Origin: Octopus bimaculoides
Lineage: Eukaryota
DNA length: 64,000 nucleotides
Reading direction: 5' to 3'
Assembly: GCF_001194135.2 (NCBI RefSeq)
Contig: NC_068982.1
Location: 90,471,339 to 90,535,338, forward strand
Shown in pieces: positions 26,901 to 40,929 of the stretch. The stretch's first letter is position 1, and each line of letters starts with the position of its first letter. A program made the position numbers and the translations under genes. Under the pieces are notes generated by a model. The model was not told the origin of the DNA, made no database searches, and was given only the letters and a program-made list of their open reading frames with translations.

Positions 26901-28499
26901 AGTGTAATCCAAAGAAGATTTGGCTGCAATTTCTAGCAGATTGCACGACTATTTGAAGATCTCTCGTTGAGTAAATGAGATAGTGTATTTAATCTTGCTG
27001 TGTGTTCTTCTTTCAGCTAACTAGATACCACGTTGTGGGGGATTTTTATTACTTAGTTCGTTTTTTTCTATTATTGCTTCAGTTAATTTATGGGTTACTA
27101 ATGATCTAAAGTTAAATATTGAACTACAACAGTAAACAGCAGGATCCGGGATAAGCGGCACTGATCTGCGTTGATAATTAGTGAGTATAAATATTTCAAT
27201 GTGTAATAAATTGGCTTTCTGTATGAAGAGGAAACGTCTACCGTTTCGGGCAATATCCTTTATAATAAATACATTTTTTATAATGTCTATTCAGCAATGA
27301 GTGAGCTTATCAATGTATTTTTCCTTGAAGTATATGTCAATGTAATATTGTTCCCTGAGGGTTCACAAGGCCAGGGCCAGTTGAAGATATCGGCAGTTGC
27401 CCAGAGAGTTACGTCACATCAAAATGGAAAATGAAATAATCACGTTATTCTTCATTTAGTAAATTATAATAAATGTTATGCTTCTTTCTACATTTGCAAT
27501 TTCTAACACCCTATGATAAAACTTTCAAAACCCATTCTTCTAAGGGTATTAGTAATAGTAAGACCGGCCCCAAAAAAGGTGCTCATTAGTTGATTATTTT
27601 ATAATTATTACACAATTAACATGTTATGGTAAAGTAATAAATGATCTGAAGCAACATAGGTCTACTGATTATGTACATTATATTAATACTTTTGTCAACA
27701 AATGTATCACCGGAACCAGGATATTGCTTCTGTCTTCACTCATAAATTATATTAATGATATAAGGCAAGAGATCAGGAAGCAACTCAGCAGGAAACCAAT
27801 AGAGTAAATTAGTAATACTACAATAAACAAGTGATTAGTGATTAATATATCATCAAACAATCATTATATCGGTATATTTACAAACCGTTCAAATAATAAA
27901 TATCTGACAAAATTTTAGATGTCATTACAATAGAATATCCTCTTTTCAAGAAGTTTATTTAACATTTCATTTACTCATGAATATCCTCATTTTCGCTCTT
28001 TTTCTATTGTTTCTTATTGCTACCGATCTTTAATTTGGTTTGAAACCCTTGTGTGCTTCTAACAAAGTCCCCTTTGTTGTAATCATTCGACCTAGGTCTC
28101 CAATCTGAGGGAAACTCCTCCGAACTGACCTACCAATCTGAGAGGCTCCGAATAAAGTTATGATGGTTAATCTTTCTCCTTTGACAGGCCATAAAAAACA
28201 TATGGAGTTATATAATTTCCTACGTCTGATATTTCTAGTCTTCTACATAATAGTACGTTTGTATTATCGTGAACATCTGATCTCCTAAACAGTACATATC
28301 TTGACTAAGAGTGTACCATACAAATCAACCTCGTTCTTTGCACTATACCGTAAGTTTTGAGAGTATGACAGCGACCATAACATATTGCCGAAGTAATAAC
28401 TCGCCGGCTTCAGCACTGATGCATGACCTTGCCTATGGTTATAAATTTTCGTAATCGAGGGAGAAAAGTCGCGAATACAATCGACCGAAATAGATCCGA

Positions 28500-29130
28500 A
28501 GAGTCCCTAAAGTTACATTAATCGATAGGGTATGTAGCTCAGAAATGAGGAATTCGCTACCAATTGAGTCACTATTTCTCTACAAGAGCCTTCATATGTC
28601 GTTAGAATACATGAGGATTTGATCACAGAGCAAATTTTTATCGGAAAGGCCAAATATCACAAAAGCTAAGAGATACATCGTGAGCGAAATAACTGAATAA
28701 TATCCATTGCCTCGGTCAGTATCACTTGGGGATCCTACCGAAACATTTGCTGTGAGTTGGATCTGATAGAACTTTTTTGAGGGTTATCTGAGGCTCTACC
28801 ACCTCTGCACACGGCCCACACAGTAATAGTGGGCAACGAAAATGGATGAAAGTATTTGGGAAACTGGTGTTTCAAATTTCAAGAACGAAAATAGGCTTAG
28901 CTATCGAAGTTTCATTATTTTGACCATTGAATAACATCAGTTGAAATTTCTGTAAGCGTTTTTAATGATTTGGTACGGAGCTGTTGTACCAATGGCCAAA
29001 GTAGGCCATCGCAGATCTGGAAGTCGATGCAGTCGGTGTTCCTCTTTAACAACCGCCAGATGACGGCTGCTAGAATCATTGAAGGAAGAGGAGAGAGCAG
29101 ACGAGGAGGAAGGACTGTGAACATATCGTT
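28500..29130 (+). mobile_element. Very degenerate RTE-like RT/C-terminal remnant
   Basis: Collinear traces NITKAK, KYLGNW, YGAVVP and IIEGRGESRRGEG; many disruptions. Confidence 0.35.
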
Positions 29131-29985
29131 TATGCAGATCCTGCAATGAAAGGAGTGGGTAATATGGGGAGTGAGAGACGGGAAGATGAATAGATGGAAA
29201 TGAGTAGGATTGTGTAGAATTCTCGTTCAAGCTGAGAACATATACTAGAATTTTACCAACTTTCAGACAGTAATTTATAAACTAATAAATTTATTATATG
29301 TGATTGCTTTAATATAAATAAGAAATTATTATATGTATTGCTTTACATATAACAAATTTACTTTATCCAATAGCTTTACATATAACAAATTTATTAGATA
29401 TTGCATCTTGTTTCAAGAAAATTTGAACGTCTTAAAACCTTAGTTAAAAAGCAAAAAAATGGTGTTAGCAATAGACGGTTCCCATATTTGTTTCTTGTTT
29501 CACTCTTATTAAACTTGTTGTAACTGAAAGTCTCATGTACCTCATATGAAAGTAGTCACGGGGGCTTTATAATGATCTGCTATCTTTAACATAAAAGGAG
29601 CTCCAGAGTGAAACCAAATATCTTTTATACACCGATGCAATACATATACGTGCTTCCATGTTAGGCTTCATTTAGTTTTCTTACTTTTCCACAAATATTG
29701 CTCTTATAATCTCATCAAACCCTGTTCATTTCTGTCTCGTGTTCTAGGACTCATTGATCCGCTTATTCAGTTTCTATTGCGTATTAAGCGAATGAGATCG
29801 CATTATGCCCCTTGAACGAGACATCAGTCTGTCGCAGGGTTACTCATTTACAGCTGAGTGGACTGGAGCAATGTGAGATGAAAGTGTTTTGTTCAAAAAT
29901 ACAATGCACTGCTTGATGCTAGAATCGAATCCGCGATCGCAAGATCACGTGTAACAGCTTTACCCTTAGGTCATGTAAAAAGAAA

Positions 29986-30236
29986 GGGTAAAGTTACCTT
30001 CTCGAGTCATACTGACTCAAAAGAGCTGATTTCCCTGTTTTATGGCGTGTATAATCCCCACTTGGACAGGATACCAGTCCATCACAGGATTACTCATTTT
30101 TGCCAGCTGAGTGAAATGAGCAACGTGAAATGAAGTGCTTTGCTCAAGAACACAACGCGTCACCCGGTTCAGGAATCGAAACCACAATCTTACGATCATG
30201 AGTCCAACACCCTAACCACTAATCCTCGCGCTTCCA
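29986..30236 (-). mobile_element. tRNA-derived CORE-type SINE, near full length
   Basis: Minus strand ttagtggttagggtgttggactc...gtggtttcgattcctgaaccggg...gtgttcttgagcaaagcactt; a partial relative lies at 29810-29940. Confidence 0.88.
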
Positions 30237-30421
30237 CTCCTTAGACTATGAGCCTTTACTAACTCTGATTATCTTGTCTTTTAGCTCATTTTTCAAATTT
30301 ACAACGAAACTAATCTCCTTCACTAAAGTCCTGATTATTACGAATTAGTCAAGATTCGCAGTATAAGATCAAAGATAAAATACATAATTGTTATAGGTTT
30401 CTACTGGAATTTTGTACTTAC

Positions 30422-31783
30422 CATTGATATGTCTGTTTCCGTGTCATCAGTAATGCTGAAACGATTTGACTGCTGTCTGCTTCGCGCGCTTCGGTAGGAA
30501 CTGGTCGATGTTCTTTCGGCTAAATCCGACTCAATAAAGCTTTCCGTTAAAGCAACGCGTCTATCTTTGAATTTTAATTTCTCACTATTAAGTCTCTTGA
30601 AAAATCGAGAAACTCCACTTGAAGAAGTTGACGAATCTTGGCTAACTCCCATGTTGTAAATTTTAGATTGACATTTTGTTGAAATTTCCAGTTTCATCAT
30701 CTCTTTTATAACATCTAGTTGCTCTTTGTCAAGAGTCGGCCGAATATTACATGCTGACACACCAAAGAACGTTTGCATATGTATTTTGGCGCCGTGTTTC
30801 ATCAAATGGCGAATACACTTCTCATTATAAAAGTCGGCACAGGATGCAAGATGCAACGGAGTGACGCCATGTCGATCTTGAATGTTCGGGTTAGCGTTAT
30901 ATTTTAAGAGAAGATCAACTGCTGGTGCGTTCGCATTGACAATAGCCAAGTAGAGTACTGGTAAGTTGAACAATTCATCTTGACTGTAGTTGAAAGAAAA
31001 TTCAAATAAGATCTCGTGTTTCGCTGGAGTAGAACACAAGTTTCTCGATTGTTGGTGTTGGCGAGATTCATTTATAAGCGAAGCCACCTGCAGTTTGGTC
31101 GAAGAAGCAGCCGCCTGATAATTAGATGTTTTATTGTCCTGCTTAACGCTGGCTACAAATTTGGTTTCCACATCTTCTTTATTGACAGGGTAAGATGTTT
31201 CAGTGATGATACTATTTTTCCGTGATGCACTGTAACAAAACTGGTTCGGCATATTTGGATCAATGCCACATTTTAATAGAATTTTCAAGACATCAACTGA
31301 ATCATTTTGTACGGCAACATGAAGTGATGTACGAAATATTGCCGGAACATCACTTATATCCGTTACAACACTTTCTCTTCTGTCATTTCGTTCAACGTAG
31401 TTTTGGCTTCCTTGACTGATCCGCTGACTATAAGAATCACAACTGCCTCGTTCAGTAAAGTTATCACTATTTATTGTTACTGGAAATTTGGTATGGTGTA
31501 ATTTGAGAATCTTCGTCAGTGACAAGATATCATTTTCCTGCAAAGCCCGTTCTAACTGTTCCGCTTCAGTTGATAAATCGAATATTGACGAAGCTGTACT
31601 GCTTGCACGTCGCCATTCTTCAGCTGCTGTATTGCGATTCCAGGAACTTGGAACAGACAAACTACCTGGACTTTGTGGTGGTATCAGCTGCAGATCATGA
31701 TCAGGAACAGTGAGGTAATCGATAGCAGAATTACCACCAGTGGAAAAATGTCTTGCCTGCGAATTGCCTCGGTTAGAAGTCAT
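30422..31783 (-). CDS. First coding exon (454 codons) of an ankyrin-repeat protein; gene continues towards lower coordinates
   Basis: Uninterrupted ORF. ANK repeats RTSLHVAVQNDSVDVLKILLKCGIDPN, LPVLYLAIVNANAPAVDLLLKYNANPNIQD and RHGVTPLHLASC...CIRHLMKHGAKI. Phase-0 donor ATG|GTAAGT at 30422/30421, so the ORF tail VSTKFQ is intronic. Acceptor ttgttttttttttctattacAG|G at 31980/31979 with an in-frame stop upstream of the ATG. Confidence 0.9.
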
Positions 31784-31979
31784 TGCGATTTGTTTTTAAC
31801 AAAGGACTCTACCAGTAAAGACAAACTCATAATCACAAAGCTCTTAACATTACAAGGGAAAATTAATTTCTATTCCGTAAATTTGATCATATCTTTGATT
31901 GTCTCGATCTCGTAGAAAAATGCGTATATCCGAAAACATTGTAAAGTATATAGAGTTCAAAATGATATTCACCACAGAC
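31784..31979 (-). other. 5' UTR part of the ankyrin exon, containing four upstream ATGs
   Basis: Lies between the splice acceptor (31980) and ATG (31783); uATGs at 31939, 31890, 31850 and 31830. Confidence 0.7.
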
Positions 31980-32114
31980 CTGTAATAGAAAAAAAAACAA
32001 TGACATCAATAATACTTAAAAATGCACAATGTAATTCATAAAATTCACAAATTTGCTATATTCAGGGTGCATGTCGCTTTGAACATGAGTCATTTACAAT
32101 TTTCTAAAGAATAA

Positions 32115-33110
32115 CACTGGGGAACAATTTTGAACATAATTTCTGATGAGTTGGATTTTTCACTTTATTTAGACTAAAATTGGCATGCTGATTTCAAACC
32201 TGAAGACAACTTTCTTCTATCATTCCAAGTTTTTTTTTTCCGCAGCTTATTCTCTGAATAAGCACAATCGTATTGTTTGTCCATAAGTAAAAGGACTGAT
32301 CATCTGATTGCTTTTATTCTGCTATTGAGTGAAAAGCATGTCAGCTTAGCTGGCATGGGGTTACGATGCATGAAATTACACGATCGTGGCCAAGATATGA
32401 GAGTGACAAGTACTGTAGTATAGAGAGTTCGAAGTTAGGAGGCCGGAGATCAGATTTGTGCGGTAAAGGAGAGATTACAAAGCTTTGATATGAGGGAACT
32501 TGTGCTTTGAAGTATGGAAGGATTCTGTCCTGAGATCTCAAGCCCGAGTTTCTACCCTGTTCTATTTTTTATGGAGTATTTGGGTGAATGTATGTATGGT
32601 ATATTTGTATGAATGTACATGTATGTATATTCATTTTTGGGTGAATCTCCAAATATTTATCTGCCATAGTGGTCACAGGCTGCTGTGGCTGCTCTATATA
32701 AGTGATTATTATTGTATTATGCGAACAATACATAAAATCTGTATAAAAGGGGTTAGCAGACCTTATGTAAGCATTTTTGTTTTGTTTCTTTAAGCTTGTG
32801 AGTGTTCAACTTTCTGTTTCTTGTTTTTTTTTTTTTTCTCAAACTTGTTTATTTCCTTTTTCTTTCAGGTCATGTCCGCCTCTGCTACTTCTCATTGTAA
32901 GTGCCTGAACAGCTCTGAGTATTTTTGCTATATCTGTGGTAGTTTTACCATTCCCGGTGAAAGTGCAAACATCAGCGCCTTGTGAAACAAAGCTATTTTG
33001 CACATACTAAAGTAAAAGTTGGTAATCAAGACAAGTCTTGGCCTCTTCACAAGATGTGCAGGCAGTGTGTCGAGAGATTACAGATGTGGACCAAGGACAA
33101 TGTTGGCATC
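32115..33110 (+). mobile_element. Chapaev3-like (CMC) DNA transposon 5' fragment
   Basis: Terminus CACTGGGGAACAATTTT at 32115; strong acceptor tttttctttcAG at 32868; then MSASATSHCKCLNSSEYFCYICGS...KVKVGNQDKSWPLHKMCRQCVERLQMWTK, the CYICG/DQDKSWAPH zinc-finger region I associate with Chapaev3 transposases. Confidence 0.7.
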
Positions 33111-34029
33111 GGTATATCTATGATATGGTGAGAATCATAAGATCATTGCAGACCCTGTTAAATTTCTTTAGGGAAAACTTCAAGTTACAGAATAAAGAAG
33201 CTACGTATTCATTTTATCTTTAACCACAAACTTATCTGGAATTTTGGGTGGAAAAAAGAAAAAAACAAATACTTTTAAAGATAGGTATGCCATAAAAGGA
33301 TAACCTTTAATAACTACCCGTCTCTTGAATCTGTTATCGTTCCACTTCAAAGAAAACCAGTGACATATGTTCTCTTCTTCCTTAACTCAGTAACAAGCGC
33401 TATCACCTTACAGACTTAATTTCATATATATAGTGTCACAACCACTGTCTTTACCCTGTTGCTTTTCGAGTTATTAAACTAACAAATTTACTTGCACGCA
33501 TGTATACATACATACATATGCATTTATTCGGCACAAATCTACATACATGAGTATATAAGTACTTATATCTATCCAAACATACACTCACACTTTTCCTTCT
33601 CATGAATGTTGTACCTATTTACGCCGCTCTGCTATTGAAACCTAATCACGCTCATATATTAATACTTTTTCTTATTTATATCAATTCATTTGAAATTATG
33701 AGTTTATACTTAAAAGAGGAATTTAATTTTGAAGAGTAGACTTATAAGGTTTCTTCGTACAGACCTACATAGTTCTACATATCCCAATTCGTCTATTCGC
33801 ATATAATAATACTACTATAGAAATACATTCCGTATTCATCACACCTCGTAAGTGCATATACATATACGCCTAATGATAAATCTATCTAAGAAACGTTTCA
33901 CTTTTAACCAAACATTACACATATACAAACTATTATGCAATTATATGTATATATGTGTGTGTGTGTGTGTGTGTACATCAATGTAATAGTACTACTAATA
34001 ATACAAAAACAATAATTACATTTATAAGT

Positions 34030-34450
34030 AAATAAATAATTGATTAATCATAAGTAACAGAGGTTTCTTCCAAATTCCAAAACCGAGCTTTTAACTCTAT
34101 GGTTACATTTTTAACAATTTCAGAGTGCTTGTTAATGATGTTACAGTTGGATAATATGATGCATAGTGTCTCTTCCAGGGATACGTTACACGATTCCGAG
34201 TGTACATTATATGGGTATGCATTCTCTACCACTAACCAAGTCATGCTGTATTGCATCTCTTTTTTTGTTTGAGTCTCAAGATCAGGTTAGAAAGTTATGT
34301 GCATTGTCTTTTGCAGATGTTCCTAAATGATGCAAATCGGTTTCTCCAGCGATTCTTGGAATAGTTGCTTGTTGCACCTAAAAATGCATATTCATAAGCA
34401 CTCATTTTGACAATACATTTGTGTACAATGCCTGTGAGAGGACATACTTT
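34030..34450 (-). mobile_element. Degenerate RLE-type LINE C-terminal (CCHC) remnant
   Basis: ORF 34044-34256 SESCNVSLEETLCIILSNC...NKHSEIVKNV resembles C..C...ETL.HILS.C...RHN.IV of R2/NeSL-type proteins. Confidence 0.45.
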
Positions 34451-35768
34451 TCTATCTACAATTACATCTTTACTGTAGTATTTTCCAACTAGATTACTAC
34501 TTATATTCTTTTATAATTTTTTGTTCTTAGTGGCACAGTTATTATTATTATTGTTATATTCGTTGTTATCATTGTTGTTATCCCCAATGTTATTATTATT
34601 AGTGCTTACAACATTCACATCGTTATTTATATCATCTGTGTCAAGGTTGGTATTATTACTCATGTCGGAATCAAATGGACTGTCTTGATTATGCCTTCCA
34701 CGATTATAGTTATCCCTATTTGCGAGATCCACGTTGTCTTGAACCATAGTTTTAGCATTTGTGATTGTGTGACTCGGCTTTTTATTTTCCAATTTATGAA
34801 CATGGAATGCCAGGATATTTGAGGTTGCATAGGACAGTTTCACGATATGCCTATTAACAATTTTGTATTAGTGTCTAGATTTAGGGAAATGTTTATCTAA
34901 TGCCGAGAAAAATTCCCGAGCAATTTTAAACGATACATGTAACCTAAATACCAGATTAAATCACAAAATACCACCTTTTTTAGATTTATTATCCGTTTAA
35001 GTGTAATAGTTATAGTACATGGTAAAATCATGAAGATAGGAATTTAAGTTAGATATTTATTCTTATTTCTAATATCCTTATTTCCATCTTTATTTTTTTA
35101 ATTTTCAGTCCTATTTTTCCGCTAATCAAATACTATTTTAAACATAAGCCTTTCTTTTCCGTAATTTCAACATTATCACCTTTTCTTTATTTACGTTCTT
35201 TATGTTCACTATCAGTCTTTCCTCTATATAATGTTGGCGTTGTTTTTTTTTATCTGTATATTGATTAACTGTACAATCCTTAGGTATGTGTTTAATGTTT
35301 TCAGTGTATCTTGCACCAGGTAATGCTGTATTATAATATTATGCGTATGAGCTGAATATTACGTCAATCGCAGAAAACGTTGATATTCTATTTCTCACAT
35401 TTTCACTATTCCATTTATTACTGAATGTGGATGATACGATTCTTTGCAGACATAGCTTAGATTTTCGTTAGGTTTATGGTATGGCTCGTATAAGCTGGTA
35501 TTTAAATTAAGCGTTACATCTAGAAATATGTATACACGCGCGCGCGCACATGCACACACACGCGCGCATGCGCACACACGCACACACACACACGCGCACA
35601 CACACACACACACACACAAACATGTTATATATATACGATTATGTATATTATTCTTTTGCTTGTTTCAGGTATTGAAATGGTGCATCACCTTGAAGGTCTT
35701 TTAGTTGAACAAATCAGCCCCTGTTTAGTTCCTATTTTTAAAAAATCGCTTTTGCAGGAACGTAAACG

Positions 35769-35805
<37 letters not shown>

Positions 35806-38800
35806 ACATATGTATGTATGTATAATATCACTAAATGTACACTAATTTACACGCAATCCCTTACTTTCCATTCGTATGCAACGGCAGACTGACAACTTCT
35901 CTAGAAATCACATTTATCTTGAATAGACGCTTGCTTTGCATCATCTTAGATAAATCACAGTTCCTTTTCAAGGCTTCCAAAATTGCTTCACTTTGCAAGT
36001 GCTTACAAACTTCCAATATGCCCCATGGTAGAGGTACTATTCACTCATATGAGACAATGTATCCAATGTGCCACGCACTAGTGCTGCACACTAGTCCAGT
36101 TTATTACACACGAATCACCAAAGACTGATAGATATCGTTGCTTTCAAATAATCATGAAGAAAATTGAAATATATTTGACTTTATTTCACACTTCCGCGTA
36201 AAATAAATAAATAATTAGTTAAATTATTTTCTATACCTCTAAAAAAGAATTGCCATTTATTTAAGACGATCGAAATATTTTAAACCGATGAAATTTATAA
36301 ATCGAAAAAAAAAAAAAAAAAAGAATTCAATAAAAATCTATAATAGTAAAACTGACGAATAAGGAAAGTTTTCTCCTGATTCTCATTACTGAGAAGTGAA
36401 TTGTTTCAAGTTTACAATGTTCAATTTTAAATCAAGAATATATGAAAAAAAAGATAATAAGAAATTGTTTGACAGAAGTAAACTGAATTTATCAGCGCCC
36501 TCGCGTTGTTTCCAACTAACGAATAATTAAAACATTATTGCTAATTAAAATTGTAACAACCATTAAAATTGATTTTTAACATGATTTTATTCATTTCTAC
36601 GTATTTTACTTCCTTTTTTCCCTTCTCTGTCTTCTCTTCATACTTCTTTTCAGCATTTCATCATTATTGCTAATATTTTTCTTATATAGCACGTTGGATT
36701 GGCTAATTCGATACATCAACCAAATTATTTTAGTTATAATTCTTTACATTCCAAGTTCAAATTCTACTGAAGCATACTTGTCTTTTCGGAATTCCCAGCT
36801 GAGTAAAATATGTACCAACTAAGGGGAAACCAGTAGAACAATAATGAAATATATCTAATAAGAGAAAATGATCGCTAATAGTGGGAGACATTGTTCCTAT
36901 GTCAGAAATCCTTCATCATTGCTCCACCTTGGTGGTATTGTTGTTGCTAAAGAGATTATTGCCAAGCACCAATAAATAGGATCCCTGTCTGCTATCCCAA
37001 TGGGATCTTAATGTATATGAGAAATTATTGTTGTTTAAAAAGCAGCACGTTTTACGAGCACGTGTATTTTATACGTCACAAGAGAGAAAGAAAATAAGTA
37101 AAACCTTTTAAGATTCTAGTAACTCATTTCGGAAAAAATACTAGAATAGTGCATGTCTGTGTGCGCGTGTAAATGTTAATATTGCTGCCTGGTTACAGTC
37201 AGCGTGTTGTTGACAAGATGGCCGTCATCGAAAACAACATAATATGAACAGTAGTCAAACATGAAGAGTTGGTGGACGCCGAAAGCCGAGATATGTCAAT
37301 AGCTGAAGCTATAGGGAAAGGTGTGGAGTCATTAAGTATGCAAAAACAGTGAAAAAGAGAAAGGGAAACTAACAAAATAGAATAGAGGGAATTTACATAG
37401 ACATTCTAATAATTAGCTACAGTCATACATCGTATCGTTGCTGACTCCGTTAGAAATAAAATGACACTATACACTTGCATTAGCAAATCTGGTCACTAAG
37501 TAGTCGGTATGCCAAACAAAGAGACGGATTTGATATAGTTGTTTATGTCCAACTCTGACCATGCGATGTTGTAAAGACATCTAGAACTACATTAACTAAT
37601 GTGTCATTTGCTTATTTAAGACGGGATGGTGTAATTTGAAAATGATTTGGCTTCTGTTTTTGTTTCCTAGCAGGCTGTGTGACAATATAGTCGTTCACTC
37701 ACTGACTCAAGAAAGAGATGTAAGTTTAGGAGTAGAGTCGTCACAGCGTAGGCTGAAATGTTTCGTGTTCAAATCCCACCGATATCAACTTAGCCTTTTA
37801 TCGTTCGGGATCGAACAAAGGAGTACCAATCCAAGGATGCTTCGCAGTATTTGTTCCGGATCTGTGTTCCGAGTTCAAATTCTTGCTGTGTCTCACATGG
37901 GCTGCATACTTAATCTATCTCCCTGCTTAACACTACCACCTGGCATCCTGAGCGTTTTTACCAGAGTCTGCTCTGTTTGCAAGCATTCGATACACGTCCC
38001 CAGCTTAAGGATAGCGCTCTCCCTTTCTTCTACTAGTCTTAGAGGAGTTGTAAACGATCATAAGCATTGCCTCTTGGATCAAAAATGAAAAAATGTCAAC
38101 ATCAACCAATATTTGCTAGGGCAGCAATATTTGTATGATTTGGTTTCTTTTTTCTTTCTTAAAAATTGACTGGCATGACGAAGGAGAAGTGGGAGTTGAT
38201 ATTTAAAAAGTATGAGTAGTGGAACCATATATCTTAGATGCATTGTTCGGTATATCCTTCAAGAAAAAAATATCCAATTGTATCCACTTGTGCTTGCTCC
38301 CTTCAGACATCATTACTCTCAGTGTAAATTCATGAGGTAAATGCTCCCCAAGAAAGAATGTTTATTTGCATTGCCAAGACAGTTTCAGCTTTTCGAAATG
38401 GTTAAAACGTGAGTTACTCAACAGACATTAAGACTAGCAATACAGAACTTTTATAAAATATGGGAAATGAGAATGACTTTTTGATTTTTTTAATAGTGCA
38501 GTCAGACGAGAAAGATTAACACCCAAAACGCTTTTCAGAGACACCATTAATGGTGAGAGGACAGAAAGAAATATCCTCAGGCCGGAGATCTGACTTGCAT
38601 GCAACAGAGTGATGGGGCTCCATTAAAGGGAGCTGTCACCCAATAACCGTCTCAAACTTCCTTACAGTTTCCTCCTCCAAATTTTACTAGTATGGCTTTG
38701 GTCAAACTGAAGTTATAGTAAAAGACGGCGAAGGCAGCACAAACCGAAACAATTGCGAAGCGAACTTCTAAGCCGCTCGGCTATGCCTATACCATGATCT

Positions 38801-40929
38801 ATTTACGCTACATTACCTTGCCCATTCCCATGTCTAATTATTGGACGCGCCGAAGCTAGATCACCGATAGGCTGGGCCGTAATAAAAATCACATCTGTAA
38901 TGAAAACTTTAAAATTCCTTCAACAAATATATCGGATAATTTGGCAGCCGTAACGATTCAGGTTGGATACTTGAAGGCCAGGACGAGTAAGATGACACTA
39001 ACTCTCAGTTAAAATAAGTGTTAGATGATGTTTATAGTTTTCCATTTATTTATTTAGTATTTCAGAGAATTTAGTAAAATAGACTTTGCAACGTTATTTG
39101 AGTTTGATGAATAGATTTAATTGCGCTGAATGAAACATGAGCCAACTTACAATTTGACCGCCAGTTGATGACAACTAAATATAATTTGCCAGAGTTACAT
39201 ACAGTAGATAGAACTGATGGAAAGTCGCTTTACTGATTTTGTTTTCATTCGCAACTGTTATTTATTGTTACACATAGGTCGGAATGCAATCCTAGATACA
39301 CATCTTATCAGAGTAGGTTGCTACAGCATCCTAGTTTGGTGTGCCACATCGGACTGGAAGTCTTATCTAGGTAGGATTTAGATAAGATTAAGGCACAAAA
39401 CTGGCATGAATACGATGCAATAAAAGTAAACTACACATTTTATTTAGATATAATATTTATTAGATGAATAGAAAAGTAATTATCAAGCAATCCGAATTTC
39501 AAGCCTGTTTCCATCACAGAATGCTAATTAAAGAGGTCATATTAGATAAAATAATTCAAGTGGGGGCCTAATTAAAAGAAGTCTTAATATAGCGTGTTTA
39601 AAGACCAGTTGACCACTCTAATTGAAAAAAAGAAACTGATGGTAGAGAAATTTAGGTAAGAGGGAGAATGAGATGTTGCCATCTGAGAAGTAAGCTGAAA
39701 AATTGTTTTTAACTTGGAGGCAAGCACAATGAGATGTATGGGAACTTAGATTAATGAGAGCTTACACACTCTATTGTTGTTGTTTTTTATGCCATGCATA
39801 AATATATAGTGTTATCTGTTATAGGTGAAATCAAGTCGGAAAGAATAACTGTTGGCTATGACAGAGTACATTAATGATTGTGACCCCATAAAATTGCTTG
39901 TGAATTCAGAGTGAGAATCGTGATACAAGATACAAGACAAATCGATTCATGTTCCGAACCTCATATTTCAGAGATTTTTGAGGGCCGAGAACTATAATGT
40001 CAATTACGGTTTTTAGAAGAAAATGTAGATTATGTGATGAAGAGAATCAACTAAATGAGATGAAGAAAAATAAATATCCTGAGTAAAATGGCATCTCTGT
40101 CGTTGTCTTTGATCTCATAAATTAGACGGAATAGACAAGTCTCTCGACAACATTTATTTAGGTGCCGATCAAAATAGAGTCTGTGCATGTTATCAGAATC
40201 TCTAAGCAGGTTGTGTGAACAGCAAGGTTGAAAGTCCTGTTGGAAGAGATACTGCGACCATCGAAAACGTCTCCTCTTTGATCATGAGTCAATTCAATCA
40301 GTGTTGATCTTAGGCTAAAGAGAAACATCATTGATAGTAATTCTCCTATTGTTAAATACTGTTTGATGAGATGAAAAAGAATAGCAGTGACTCGTCATCA
40401 ACATTGTTAATATAGCTATATTTAATAGAAATTGAATCTTACGCTTCTTGTTTATCTACAGCAGTCAATGGTGAGGTTTTCTCATAACAAACAACACACA
40501 GACGCAATTTGAATTTTCTTCTTTTAATTAAAACATAAAATCCTCTTTTCTGTTCAAATGGCTGTTTTATAGGTCTGATAAAGAATCAATTCCTTAAGAT
40601 AACGTACCAGTCAACCACTGGAACTGATTTTAGTCAACTGACGCACCCCATCCAAAATTACAGGCATCGTGTTTCTGTTAAAACGTATTATCATTTTTTA
40701 ATCACCACCACCACCACCACCACCATCATTTTCATCATCATTATTATTATTATTCTGTTTTCAACTGAAAGACAGCACTTTCGAGCTCGTAAGTTGTTCC
40801 TGAATTTTGTTGCTGTGAAAAAATTAATTTTGTTTTCTTTGTTGTTAAGCTAACCAAGATTCTCTGAGATTAGTTGGTTTTATGAAATGTTTTGCACCTT
40901 GGGCAAAATTTTTGTGGTTTTTAAAACTT

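Noticed and set aside
31016-31915. Short plus-strand ORFs overlapping the ankyrin exon
   Set aside because: Antisense shadows of a real coding exon; no motifs.
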